DNA of 64,000 nucleotides, from the IMG/VR virus record IMGVR_UViG_2602041658_000005, positions 1-64,000 of that record; one strand, given 5' to 3'. The position numbers and the translations under genes were made by a program. Below are positions 37,691 to 46,841 of this stretch, one piece after another (position 1 is the stretch's first letter; the number at the start of each line of letters is the position of its first letter). This stretch comes from a virus. Taxonomy: Duplodnaviria; Caudoviricetes. The notes beneath the pieces are model-generated. The model was not told where the DNA came from. It ran no database searches and was given only the letters and a program-made list of their open reading frames with translations.

Positions 37691-37775
37691 TTTGATTTAT
37701 TTTTTATGTTAGGTACTTTGTAAATATTTTTCAATTTATAAAGCATAAAAAAAGCGGCTTATTAAGCCGCTTTAA

Positions 37776-38591
37776 TTAATCGAAAATATCATTAACCACA
37801 TCACATATTAATGATTTGTTAGCATCTTTTTCTTTTAGTTTTTGCAAAATTACTCGCAAATCATTTAACAAGCTCCCAGCTTTATTTGCTGCCTTTTTTA
37901 CTTTGTTAAATTCTTTTACGTAATAAGAAAAACTAACAACCGCTTTTATATAATTTGTTCGATTTAAATCTAACTTCTTATAATAAACAGTCCCAGTGTG
38001 TGGATGACTGTATATATCATTAATAGTGATTGTTGTATAATTGTCTTTGCGTTCATTGTCTTTATTTTCATTGTCATTTTTAATCGTATCAGACAAAAAA
38101 CAAATTACATAACCATCTTTTACTATTTTTTTATAATCAAAATTATTATAAAAAACATTGTCTATTAGTGCTTTAATTTCTGAATCTTGTAAAATTTGCT
38201 CAAAAAATTGCACCGTTGGTGTATTTTCTATTTTTTCAATTTCTTCTTTATTCTCATCCTCCCAGCTTTTTTTAACCGCCTTTAATGCGCCTTCGAAAGC
38301 GTTTGAATCAACGTTTTTTAAAGCGCCAAAGGATGTCATAAAGTTTTTATATTTTTCTGATCCTTCAAAAAATAGTCCCGTCTTATTATCTAATAACTTT
38401 TTGAGTTTTTTTGTTTTTGATTCTTCTTTAATATTAGAATCATCACAATTAGATTTGTTACTTTTAGTTGTGGAGTTGTCCTCCACATTTAAGCCTTCAT
38501 TTTCTAATTTGTTACTGTTTTCAATTTCTTTTTTGGTATTTTCTGAAATATTTAAATTCTCAGAAAACTTTTTGTTTTCTAAATTTTTCAT
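37776..38591 (-). CDS. Hypothetical K/E/N-rich protein, first gene of the leftward block
   Basis: 271-aa ORF followed by terminator-like hairpin 37751-37773. Confidence 0.7.
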   Translation of the reverse strand: MKNLENKKFSENLNISENTKKEIENSNKLENEGLNVEDNSTTKSNKSNCDDSNIKEESKTKKLKKLLDNKTGLFFEGSEKYKNFMTSFGALKNVDSNAFEGALKAVKKSWEDENKEEIEKIENTPTVQFFEQILQDSEIKALIDNVFYNNFDYKKIVKDGYVICFLSDTIKNDNENKDNERKDNYTTITINDIYSHPHTGTVYYKKLDLNRTNYIKAVVSFSYYVKEFNKVKKAANKAGSLLNDLRVILQKLKEKDANKSLICDVVNDIFD

Positions 38592-39136
38592 AACTTAAAA
38601 GTTTTTTAATTTGTTATTATTGTTATTATTATTATTGTGTGGGGGGCTTATTTTCCAAAGGTACTCCCACGTGTTTTTGTTTTTGCTTATTATTTTATTT
38701 CAGATGCACAAACAAGCAAACAAACTAACATCAATTAATTAGATTTATATATTTAAGAATCTTTTTTTTGTCTTATTTTTCAAAAACAAAAAAAAACAAA
38801 TAAAACTACATTAACCACTTGATATATTGCAAGTTAATTATATCAAGTAATTAAGCAGGATCCACGCCTTCCTCCGGTCGTGTGCATGAAAGTAAGACAA
38901 AGATTTTTTAAAAGTTTGCAAAGTAAAAATTTTATTTATATCTTTGCACCGATTTTGTGAATCAAGCAAAAATATTTTTTATTTTTGAGTAGCTAAAAAA
39001 ACTTGCAAGGTTATATTTTTAGCTACTTTTTTTTGCTTTCAAATTTTCAAAAAGTAAAACAGTTAGTAGCTTTATTACATTGTTGTTATTGCTACTGTCT
39101 GTAAAAGTAACCGCCGTTATCTTTTTTAATTACATA

Positions 39137-39146
39137 ACAAAGGTAG
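39137..39146 (-). promoter_or_regulatory. Candidate early promoter for the leftward block
   Basis: TACCTTTG on the minus strand matches TAnnTTTG. Confidence 0.35.
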
Positions 39147-39315
39147 TAAATTTTGTTTATTAATCCAAATTTAAAGGGTTGTTTTTTCGTTAAATTTTGC
39201 AAATAAAATTACCACTACAACAAAGTAAAAAATATTTACATTTTCACAAAGGACTAAAACAAAGATAATAAGTATCATTATTATTATTGTATCTGTGTAT
39301 ATGCAAGTTGCTAAG

Positions 39316-39500
39316 ATGTATAATGTATAATGTATATAAGGTTATAAGGTTATAAGGATATAAGGATATAAGGATATAAGGATATAAGGATGTAAGACGT
39401 ATATATAAGGTAATAGATAGGAGGTAATAGATAGTAGGGAGTAGGGAGTAGGGAGTAGATAAGGTAAGGTAAGGTAAGGTAAGATGTATATATATAAGGC
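39316..39500 (+). repeat. Compound short tandem repeats
   Basis: (ATGTATA)3, (TATAAGGW)7 at 39335-39390, (AGGTAATAGATAG)2, (GTAGGGA)3, (TAAGG)4; almost no C on + strand. Confidence 0.85.
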
Positions 39501-40432
39501 TGTAATTAAGGCAATAAGAGAGTCAGGAGGGAGGCGATTCTTAATAGTTTGAGAGTGTAAGAGAGGAGGTTATATTTTCGTTGTAAGTTGTTGTTTATCA
39601 ATAAGATAGGTTATACAAATAATGTATCTTTTTTTTTTAGTAGTAAGGGGGGGGTAACCCCTTAATGAAAGCAAAGAGTCCCTATTTGATTACCGGTCTA
39701 AATTTTTTATTTTTTTTTTTTGTTTTTGGGGTTGTCTATTGTTTAGGGTATTGGTTTAGTATTGGTTTAGTGTGTGTTAAGGGTGCATTGAGTGTATATG
39801 TAGAGCGTATGTGTAGAGTGTTAAAATGACGTTAAAAAAGTCATGTTTTTATGTTTTTGGGTCTTGTATGGACTATTTTGTCATTTTATTTGACAATTTA
39901 TTTTTATTTTTCGAGATTTTTGTTTAATCTTTTCAAAGTCTTTATTATAAAGGGTATCTTTGCATTGTTAGTGGACATATTTCTTAATTATTACCTATTT
40001 TAGGGTATCTATATAGGATATTTATATATATATTATATATATTTACTAATAAACGCGAGGAGATGAGTTTTAGAGAGTGTATTTTAGCGAAATTAGCGCG
40101 ATATAGCGAAAAAATAGCGATAGATAAGAGAATGTGCCAAAATGGATAGAAAGTGCTTTAAAACGCACGTAAAACAGATTTGAGCAAACATAATGTATGC
40201 GAGTAAGGAAGTTGTTTGTATTTTTAAGGTAAAGGTTTGCTGCTGTTTTTTTGCGAAAGATAGGTATTGTAGCTATCTTAGCAAACAGAGAAAGAGAAAA
40301 AAGGAAAAGAAAAAAAATAAAAAAAGAAAAGGAAATAAGAGAAAGACGAAAGACGAGTGAGAGAGAGAAAAAAAGGACGAGAAAGAAACCGTAAGAGGGA
40401 AACAAGGAATTGGATAGAGATAAGGAGAGTTT

Positions 40433-41920
40433 ATGGTTAGAAAGAGTAGTGTTAGTAGGGTTAGTAGAGTATGTTTAAAGGCTGAGGGTAGTTCTGATTA
40501 TGTTCGTAGTATGGATATAGTGTCTTCGTTGTCGTTGTCGCTATATTCTTCTTTTAACAAGAAAGAGTTTCAGCGTGTGGTTATGGAGCCTCGTTTTGGG
40601 GATAGGGTATTTGGTTATGAGAACTGCGTCCGTAGTGCTTGTGCTAAGGTATTGAAGTATTATCGGGATCGTGTGTATTACTTCTCGGGTAAGTATTGGT
40701 CGGAGCTGTCTGGTGAGCTGTTAGAATTGTCTTTGAATGATGCTTTGTTGCGTTTCCGTCCTCAAAAGTCGGATTTAGTAAAGGCTCGTGCTAACATCTT
40801 GCGTGCTGCTAAGCAAGGGGCTTCGCTTTCTCGCTTACGTCCGTCCCGTTCTGTGGTAGGCTTTAGTAATGGTGTGTATGATTTTACTGATGTAGACAAT
40901 CCGGTGTATCACCCTTTTTCAGACCGCATGGACGTGCTGTCTATACTTCCTTATGCTTATGATGAGACAGCTACCTGTCCTAAGTGGCTATCTTTTATGC
41001 GTTCTGTCCTTACCCCTGTACAGGTGTCTTTGTTGCAAAAGTATTTGTCTTTAGGTATAGCTCCTCGCGATGCTTCTTCTCGGAAGATAGAAGAGACGTT
41101 GTGGTTGGTGGGTAATGGTGCAAATGGCAAGAGTGTTATCTTTGAGGTTGTCAGTGCTGTTTTTGGTATAGATAGTATATCTTCGGTATCTCTTCACAAT
41201 CTCATACGTGGTGGTGATGAGCGTGCAAGGTTTATGGCTGCCATAGTGGGCAAGATATTTAATTATTGTACAGAGGTAGACTCTTCTGATATATCAAAAT
41301 ATGAGGGTAATTTTAAGTCGTTATGCTCTGGTGAGCGTCAAGAGGTGCGTTTGATAGGTAAGAATGTGGAGATGACGTCAGACATACCTTATTTGGTTTT
41401 CAACATGAATAAGAAGCCGAGCAATAGGAGTATGGGAGAGGCTTTTATGCGTAGGTTGCTACTTATCCACTTTAGGACTACGGTGTCTAAGCACGATATG
41501 CGTCCGGACTTGGTAAAAGAACTATGTACGGAACTTAGCGGTATAAGGAATTGGCTTATTCAAGGCTATAAATCGTTGAAAGAAGATGGGTTTAAGTTTG
41601 TCCCTACGAAAGAGAGTTTAGAGGAAACGGAGGAGTATCTATTAGAGAACGGTCAGACCATACAGATGTTTTTGCGTGTTAGAGGCTATAGACCTAATAG
41701 ATATAGTGGTCATTGGAATGAGAAACCTAAAGCTGTGCCTGCTCAATCTCTGTACAATGACTATGTTACGTTCTGTGAGCGTAAGATGTATGAGGTAGAA
41801 ACTCTAAATATGTTCGGCAGGGAGATGACGCGGTTAGGCTTTAGTAAACGTAAGCAGAGCAGCTATAACATCTATGAGATTTTTAGCGACAATGAGATAA
41901 GTTACGCATTTAATGTTTAG
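40433..41920 (+). CDS. D5/P4-family SF3 helicase (no obvious primase domain)
   Basis: GFSNGVYD, ATCPKWLSF, Walker A GNGANGKS, FKSLCSGE, AFMRRLLLI. Confidence 0.85.
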   Translation: MVRKSSVSRVSRVCLKAEGSSDYVRSMDIVSSLSLSLYSSFNKKEFQRVVMEPRFGDRVFGYENCVRSACAKVLKYYRDRVYYFSGKYWSELSGELLELSLNDALLRFRPQKSDLVKARANILRAAKQGASLSRLRPSRSVVGFSNGVYDFTDVDNPVYHPFSDRMDVLSILPYAYDETATCPKWLSFMRSVLTPVQVSLLQKYLSLGIAPRDASSRKIEETLWLVGNGANGKSVIFEVVSAVFGIDSISSVSLHNLIRGGDERARFMAAIVGKIFNYCTEVDSSDISKYEGNFKSLCSGERQEVRLIGKNVEMTSDIPYLVFNMNKKPSNRSMGEAFMRRLLLIHFRTTVSKHDMRPDLVKELCTELSGIRNWLIQGYKSLKEDGFKFVPTKESLEETEEYLLENGQTIQMFLRVRGYRPNRYSGHWNEKPKAVPAQSLYNDYVTFCERKMYEVETLNMFGREMTRLGFSKRKQSSYNIYEIFSDNEISYAFNV

Positions 41921-41932
41921 ATTTATATAGTT

Positions 41933-42580
41933 ATGAGAGAAAGAAAAGAATATTGGGCAAAGGTTATAAGCGAGGAGGCTTTGTTGTTTCTCTGTTCGCA
42001 AAACATTTGTACTCGCGAATTGCCAATTATGAAAGTGTACGATATTGGTCGCAACGAGGTGATGATTGTTGAAATATTAGGGTGTACTATCCCACAACAG
42101 ATAAAGTATAAGTTTTTAGGCAGCAGTATATCTAAACTATCTCTTAAAGAAGCATTATCACTCGACATTAAAGACAAGAAGCGAGCTGAAATTTTAGAAG
42201 ATTGTTTGGTTAATGAAAACGAAAAAGATTACTCTAACAAATCTAATTTTATCTCTCGTGGTGCAATAAAGGGTAAGTGGAGTGATGATATTAAAGGGCT
42301 GAAGAATAATCCAGCCTTTGATGAGAGGTGTTCACTACTTCCCGATGAAATAGACCTGTACAATTTCTTCGAGAAATATAAGGGACACGCTAAATGTTTT
42401 CATATATTTGGTTATGTTGTTTGTTGCTATACACTTAATGGTTATATTACGGAATACAAGGAAAGTGATAAGATTGAATACTTTATTGACGACAACCGCT
42501 ACTATGCTATCAAGTTCAAGGACAGAGGCACGTTCCTTGTGAGCGAGAAAAGATATAAAGAACTAAAAGCAAAGAAATGA
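41933..42580 (+). CDS. Hypothetical protein
   Basis: 215-aa ORF. Confidence 0.65.
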   Translation: MRERKEYWAKVISEEALLFLCSQNICTRELPIMKVYDIGRNEVMIVEILGCTIPQQIKYKFLGSSISKLSLKEALSLDIKDKKRAEILEDCLVNENEKDYSNKSNFISRGAIKGKWSDDIKGLKNNPAFDERCSLLPDEIDLYNFFEKYKGHAKCFHIFGYVVCCYTLNGYITEYKESDKIEYFIDDNRYYAIKFKDRGTFLVSEKRYKELKAKK

Positions 42581-43011
42581 TGCTGCAAGAGTTTAAAAAC
42601 GACATATACCCACGTACGTTATGGGTTGCTACGAGTTGGGAGGATGTTAAGGATAAGTTTGTCTGTCATAAGAACGATGAAAAACCAATAGAAAAGTACG
42701 AAGACGGTGATGCTTATACCTACCAATATGTTATGCACAAGAAAAATAAGAAATATGGCACGCTGATACTTTTCATTTTGGAAGGAGAAATGCTTGGTAG
42801 CGAAATTGTGGGACGTATTGCCCACGAAAGCCTACACGCAGTGAACTCTATTTTTGATGAGCTTAATATAGCGTACGATTTGGTCAACGATGAACACGCA
42901 GCCTATATGGTAGGTTATATAGCCAAGTGTTGTTGGAAAGTATTACAAAAAGAAATATATAAAAACAGAACTAATGATGAAGAAGTACAGAAAGAAACCA
43001 GTAGTAGTTGA
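42577..43011 (+). CDS. Putative metallopeptidase-like protein
   Basis: IAHESLH (HExxH) and DEHAAY. Confidence 0.6.
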   Translation: MMLQEFKNDIYPRTLWVATSWEDVKDKFVCHKNDEKPIEKYEDGDAYTYQYVMHKKNKKYGTLILFILEGEMLGSEIVGRIAHESLHAVNSIFDELNIAYDLVNDEHAAYMVGYIAKCCWKVLQKEIYKNRTNDEEVQKETSSS

Positions 43012-43255
43012 AGCCGTGCAATGGAACGGTAAAAATTTTGATGAGTGTATGAATTTCATGGGAGAAGACTGCGGAAATAAAGTCGCATACGAAGACTATG
43101 AAGAAAAATGTCTTAAATCAGAAGAACTAACTATTCATACGTTAGAGGGAAATATGATTACTTCTAAAGGCGATTACATCATCAAAGGTGTGAATGGAGA
43201 GTTTTATCCTTGCAAGCCAGATATATTTGAGAAAACATACGAGGAAGTAGTATGA
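42974..43255 (+). CDS. Conserved small phage protein (YRKKPV...YPCKPDIF family)
   Basis: YRKKPVVVEAVQW, GDYIIKGVNGEFYPCKPDIFEKTY. Confidence 0.8.
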   Translation: MMKKYRKKPVVVEAVQWNGKNFDECMNFMGEDCGNKVAYEDYEEKCLKSEELTIHTLEGNMITSKGDYIIKGVNGEFYPCKPDIFEKTYEEVV

Positions 43256-43372
43256 ACTTTGTGAAAAATAATACATGATAAAACGAGCTGCATTTAGATT
43301 TAGTGAGTTCCTATACGGAATACCTACGAGTAAAAAAACTATCGTCCATAGAAATATTAAACTTGTAATGAT

Positions 43373-43591
43373 ATGAGACAGGAAGATGTGAAAACCATTG
43401 ATTATTTCGTAGCAAGTCTATCTGGAAAAGAGGTAAGGGAGCAGTTATCCCTTGCTTACCAACAGATGGAACTTTGCTTAGATGTACTAAACGGAAAGAA
43501 AGGTATAAAACCTATTGTAATGAAAGACAATGGGTTGTCTACCGATTTAGAGTTATTCTACAAATGTATAGAAGTAGTAGATAGTTTTTAA
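43373..43591 (+). CDS. Hypothetical protein
   Basis: 72-aa ORF. Confidence 0.6.
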   Translation: MRQEDVKTIDYFVASLSGKEVREQLSLAYQQMELCLDVLNGKKGIKPIVMKDNGLSTDLELFYKCIEVVDSF

Positions 43592-43612
43592 TCAAAAGAA
43601 AGATATAAGATT

Positions 43613-44209
43613 ATGGAAAAAGAGGAAAAGAAAGACAGGAGAGTGCTACCTTTTAAGGAATATGCTCGATTTGGCAATTTTAAGATAAAGAAAGTGAATT
43701 TGCTTATTTCCGATAAGGGAACGGCGCAAGAGGAAGATCCAATGGCAGAGTTGTCGGAGGAAAATATTGATAAGAGGGGTTTGTATAAAATAGAGGCTGT
43801 CAAAATAGCTTCATTGGAAGAGTTGTGGTGTGTGCGTATTCCATCAAATAGGGTGATGTACCGCTTTATAGTAGACTTATACGAAGAGAATAAGGAGGAA
43901 AACGATAAGATACTAAGCACATTGTTTTGCAATATCAGCAACGTAACTTCTTTAGGTGATGGTTTGTTTCATGACGTAGTTATTCATGCTGCTATGGCTT
44001 ATATGAACCGTAGAGACGAAGTAAGTTCAAAGGAAGACAAGGTAAAAGAGTATAAACGCATAACGGATTCTATCTTAGCCGATATGCTTAAGGACTTAGA
44101 AAGTTATACTCCTAAGAAGAAGATAGATGAAACAAAGAAAGAGTTTAGGCAATCTGTACTTGCTGATGAGCTAAGAGCAAAGACTATAAACGAAAACGAG
44201 GCGAGCTAA
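43613..44209 (+). CDS. Hypothetical protein
   Basis: 198-aa ORF. Confidence 0.65.
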   Translation: MEKEEKKDRRVLPFKEYARFGNFKIKKVNLLISDKGTAQEEDPMAELSEENIDKRGLYKIEAVKIASLEELWCVRIPSNRVMYRFIVDLYEENKEENDKILSTLFCNISNVTSLGDGLFHDVVIHAAMAYMNRRDEVSSKEDKVKEYKRITDSILADMLKDLESYTPKKKIDETKKEFRQSVLADELRAKTINENEAS

Positions 44210-44221
44210 GAAAAGTTTAAT

Positions 44222-44839
44222 ATGGCAAAGGATTGGAAAGGTAACGGGAATAGTATCTTTAAGACGCTTGGGGCAAGTAACCATACTACAAAAGAACGTG
44301 AAGAGAACGACTTCTATGCTACGGATAACATAGCTATAGACCGGTTAAGGGCAAAGTTTGATATTCCTCACGATGTATGGGAGCCATGCTGTGGAGAAGG
44401 AACCTTGTCGGAGCGTTTAAAGGCGTTTGGACATAACGTGTACTCTTCTGATATTATAGATAGGGGTTATGGCGATGAGGTAAAAGATTTCTTTAGTTAT
44501 GACAAAGCTCCTGCTATTCTTGGGGAGGACTTTTGTATACTCACTAATCCCCCTTATAAATATGCCTGCGATGTTGTAAAACACTCATTAAGTTTGCTTC
44601 CTAAGGGTTGCTATTCTATAATGTTTTTGAAGACTACCTTTTTAGAGGGTAAACGAAGATATGAGGAACTGTTCAGTAAAACGCCCCCGAAGTATGTTTT
44701 TCAGTATATTAGTAGGGTATTGTGCGCTAAAAACGGTGATTTCGACTACATGCGCTCTCATGGAGGCTCTGCGGTGAGCTATGCTATGTATGTTTTTGAA
44801 AAAGGGTATAACGGTACGTCTGTGATAGATTGGATTTAA
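44222..44839 (+). CDS. Phage N6-adenine DNA methyltransferase
   Basis: DFYAT, WEPCCGEG, ILTNPPY, FLKTTFLEG. Confidence 0.85.
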   Translation: MAKDWKGNGNSIFKTLGASNHTTKEREENDFYATDNIAIDRLRAKFDIPHDVWEPCCGEGTLSERLKAFGHNVYSSDIIDRGYGDEVKDFFSYDKAPAILGEDFCILTNPPYKYACDVVKHSLSLLPKGCYSIMFLKTTFLEGKRRYEELFSKTPPKYVFQYISRVLCAKNGDFDYMRSHGGSAVSYAMYVFEKGYNGTSVIDWI

Positions 44840-44851
44840 TAAGGCTGCGCT

Positions 44852-45016
44852 ATGATTTGGTTAATTCTAATTACGACGGTATTAATGTTTTACTGGGTTT
44901 ACCTTGCAACAGGAATAGACTTATACAAAGGGGGACTATTTATATTTGTTTTTAGGTTAATAGTTACCTTGTATATAGAATTTTTCTTGCTTGTATGGTG
45001 GTTCTATAATTCTTAA
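44852..45016 (+). CDS. 54-aa membrane protein
   Basis: Two hydrophobic segments; below ORF-track cutoff. Confidence 0.45.
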   Translation: MIWLILITTVLMFYWVYLATGIDLYKGGLFIFVFRLIVTLYIEFFLLVWWFYNS

Positions 45017-45088
45017 TCCTTAACTCGCCTACCATGCGTAGAAGGAGTAACAAGGGCGTATATTGGTTGTACGCCTTTTGTCTTTGTT

Positions 45089-46174
45089 CTATTTTGTTCC
45101 GTCTTGCTTTACAGATGGTTCTTTTACCCAAATATCTATATTGTCGTGGGTCAAACTTTTTCCAAATTCAGATATAAAATACGCTATGAATTGCTGGTCT
45201 GGTCTAAACATTTCACATTTCGCACCCTCATTATCTTTGCAGTACTTGGGGTTACCACACTTTTTGTATAATACACAGAACTTATCGAGAGATAGGTCTG
45301 TTTTTTGCCATTTACAAACCTCGCAGGTTTTAGGCAGAATACCATCAAGGTAAGCTTTAACCTTTCCTATAGTATAAAGCCCAATACTCTCTATAAAGTA
45401 AGAGAGACTGTTATTGTAGGGTACACTTATTTCATAGATTCCTCTACGATAGACTGAATAATTCTTACAAGTAAACAGTTGAGTTTCTACATAGCTTTTT
45501 AGAGATGGGAATAGTATGTATTTCTGAAATGGAAGTTCTAACTTGTCTGATAGGGTTTTATTGCACTTAAAATTATAAAACCTGACCCTTTCGCTTTCTA
45601 TTAAGTAATGCGAGTTAACGATTTCCAATACATCCTCTTCTGATTGTATTGAAATTTCTATAATCCTAATTCCTGAACTTATTTTTTTCTCGCTACATTC
45701 GTGTGTTACGAAAATTTCAATAAAAAGAGGCGAGTCTGTTCCGTTGTTTCTTTGACAAAATAAATCAGCAACAAAATTGTTGTATCTTTGTTCTCGAACA
45801 CATCGTGAATAGTATTTTTTTATATCAAATCTTGACCGTTGGGTTGCAAGGCAGTAATTCTCATTATAAAACTTACACTCCCCTGTCCTTATGCACTTCC
45901 TGTAACTATTCATATCAATAGTAATAGATTCACTTTCGTTGAACCAGTCCATTATGAGTACTTCTGAAATAGAATGCAAGTACTTGTCATAAGAGCATGC
46001 TTTTACTTTATGTGCGAAATGCCATTGCCTCACTCCTCCGCGCTTGGCTATCAATTCTTTACGACAGCAAGGACAAAGAAACGTTTGCTGTTCTCTTTTA
46101 GGACAGTCATGTATATCAACCAATTTGTCGTTTTCGTCAAGTGCAAAATGTTGTAGCTTGCAACCTTTCTCCAT
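45089..46174 (-). CDS. CoiA-like Zn-finger + PD-(D/E)XK-like nuclease (moron)
   Basis: CPCC...RQWHFAH; ADL...IEIFVTH; own TATATTTG promoter at ~46248-46256 (minus). Confidence 0.65.
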   Translation of the reverse strand: MEKGCKLQHFALDENDKLVDIHDCPKREQQTFLCPCCRKELIAKRGGVRQWHFAHKVKACSYDKYLHSISEVLIMDWFNESESITIDMNSYRKCIRTGECKFYNENYCLATQRSRFDIKKYYSRCVREQRYNNFVADLFCQRNNGTDSPLFIEIFVTHECSEKKISSGIRIIEISIQSEEDVLEIVNSHYLIESERVRFYNFKCNKTLSDKLELPFQKYILFPSLKSYVETQLFTCKNYSVYRRGIYEISVPYNNSLSYFIESIGLYTIGKVKAYLDGILPKTCEVCKWQKTDLSLDKFCVLYKKCGNPKYCKDNEGAKCEMFRPDQQFIAYFISEFGKSLTHDNIDIWVKEPSVKQDGTK

Positions 46175-46299
46175 GCTGTTGTTTTATTAAAGAATCCAGC
46201 CCATCGCAAAATAATAGGCTGTGTAATATAGCACCCATATTGTGAGTGCAAATATAAAAAGAAAATGTTAATGGAGGTTGAAAACGGTGATTTTTTTGC

Positions 46300-46827
46300 T
46301 TATTCTTTGTCTTTGCACATTTCCCTTGCCATCTCTATCTCTGCCTGCTTTTCGTTATATTCTTGAAGAAGTGGGCAGTCGTTGCATTTTAAAGGCATAT
46401 ATATACGAATGCTATCTTCTTCGGGTTCTGCGTCTACGGTGCTGTTGCGCCGTAGTAGTTCGGTATATTTAACAAACATTTCTCCTCGCTCTTTAGAACC
46501 CTCTGGGAGTAGCTGTGCAGCTTTAAGAACCTGCTTAGCAGCATCTTCTGTACTCATAAGTTCCATGTCTTCATTATCTTTCAAAGGTAACCTTGAGCGT
46601 AGAGAATCTATGCGGTCATTGACCATTTCTTTAAAGCGTCCTGACTTTGTTATGCCCTCTCTTATGCTTTGGTTTTGCTGAAAATTCAAGACAGCATTTT
46701 CTTGATACACTATATCGTAAGCCTCATTAGGTGTATAACCTATTGTTATTAAATCTGCCATTACTAAGGTGGCAGGGTCTATGGCGTATTTCTTTGCCTC
46801 TTTTATAATTCTTTTACTAAGTTCCAT
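46300..46827 (-). CDS. Hypothetical protein, candidate terminase small subunit
   Basis: Last gene of TerL-portal-minor head unit; helical; C-terminal CxxC. Confidence 0.35.
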   Translation of the reverse strand: MELSKRIIKEAKKYAIDPATLVMADLITIGYTPNEAYDIVYQENAVLNFQQNQSIREGITKSGRFKEMVNDRIDSLRSRLPLKDNEDMELMSTEDAAKQVLKAAQLLPEGSKERGEMFVKYTELLRRNSTVDAEPEEDSIRIYMPLKCNDCPLLQEYNEKQAEIEMAREMCKDKE

Positions 46828-46841
46828 AAAGTATATTGTCT

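Larger units (their letters stand above)
32000..37773 (-). repeat. Family of about 12 intergenic hairpins upstream of leftward genes
   Basis: 32004-32031, 32302-32331, 32881-32910, 33226-33254, 34294-34323, 35308-35334, 35664-35693, 36121-36148, 36432-36461, 36698-36725, 37142-37173, 37751-37773. Confidence 0.8.

Noticed and set aside
32000-37773. Integron attC sites served by the recombinase at 24004-24945
   Set aside because: Hairpins are ~30 bp and lack RYYYAAC/GTTRRRY ends; the recombinase shows no evident IntI-specific insertion.
39316-39500. CRISPR array or telomere
   Set aside because: Units are 5-13 bp, contiguous, without spacers; no cas genes; resemblance to telomeric TTAGG is superficial.
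40070-40405. 111-aa F/L/S-rich minus-strand ORF
   Set aside because: By-product of the purine tract on the + strand.
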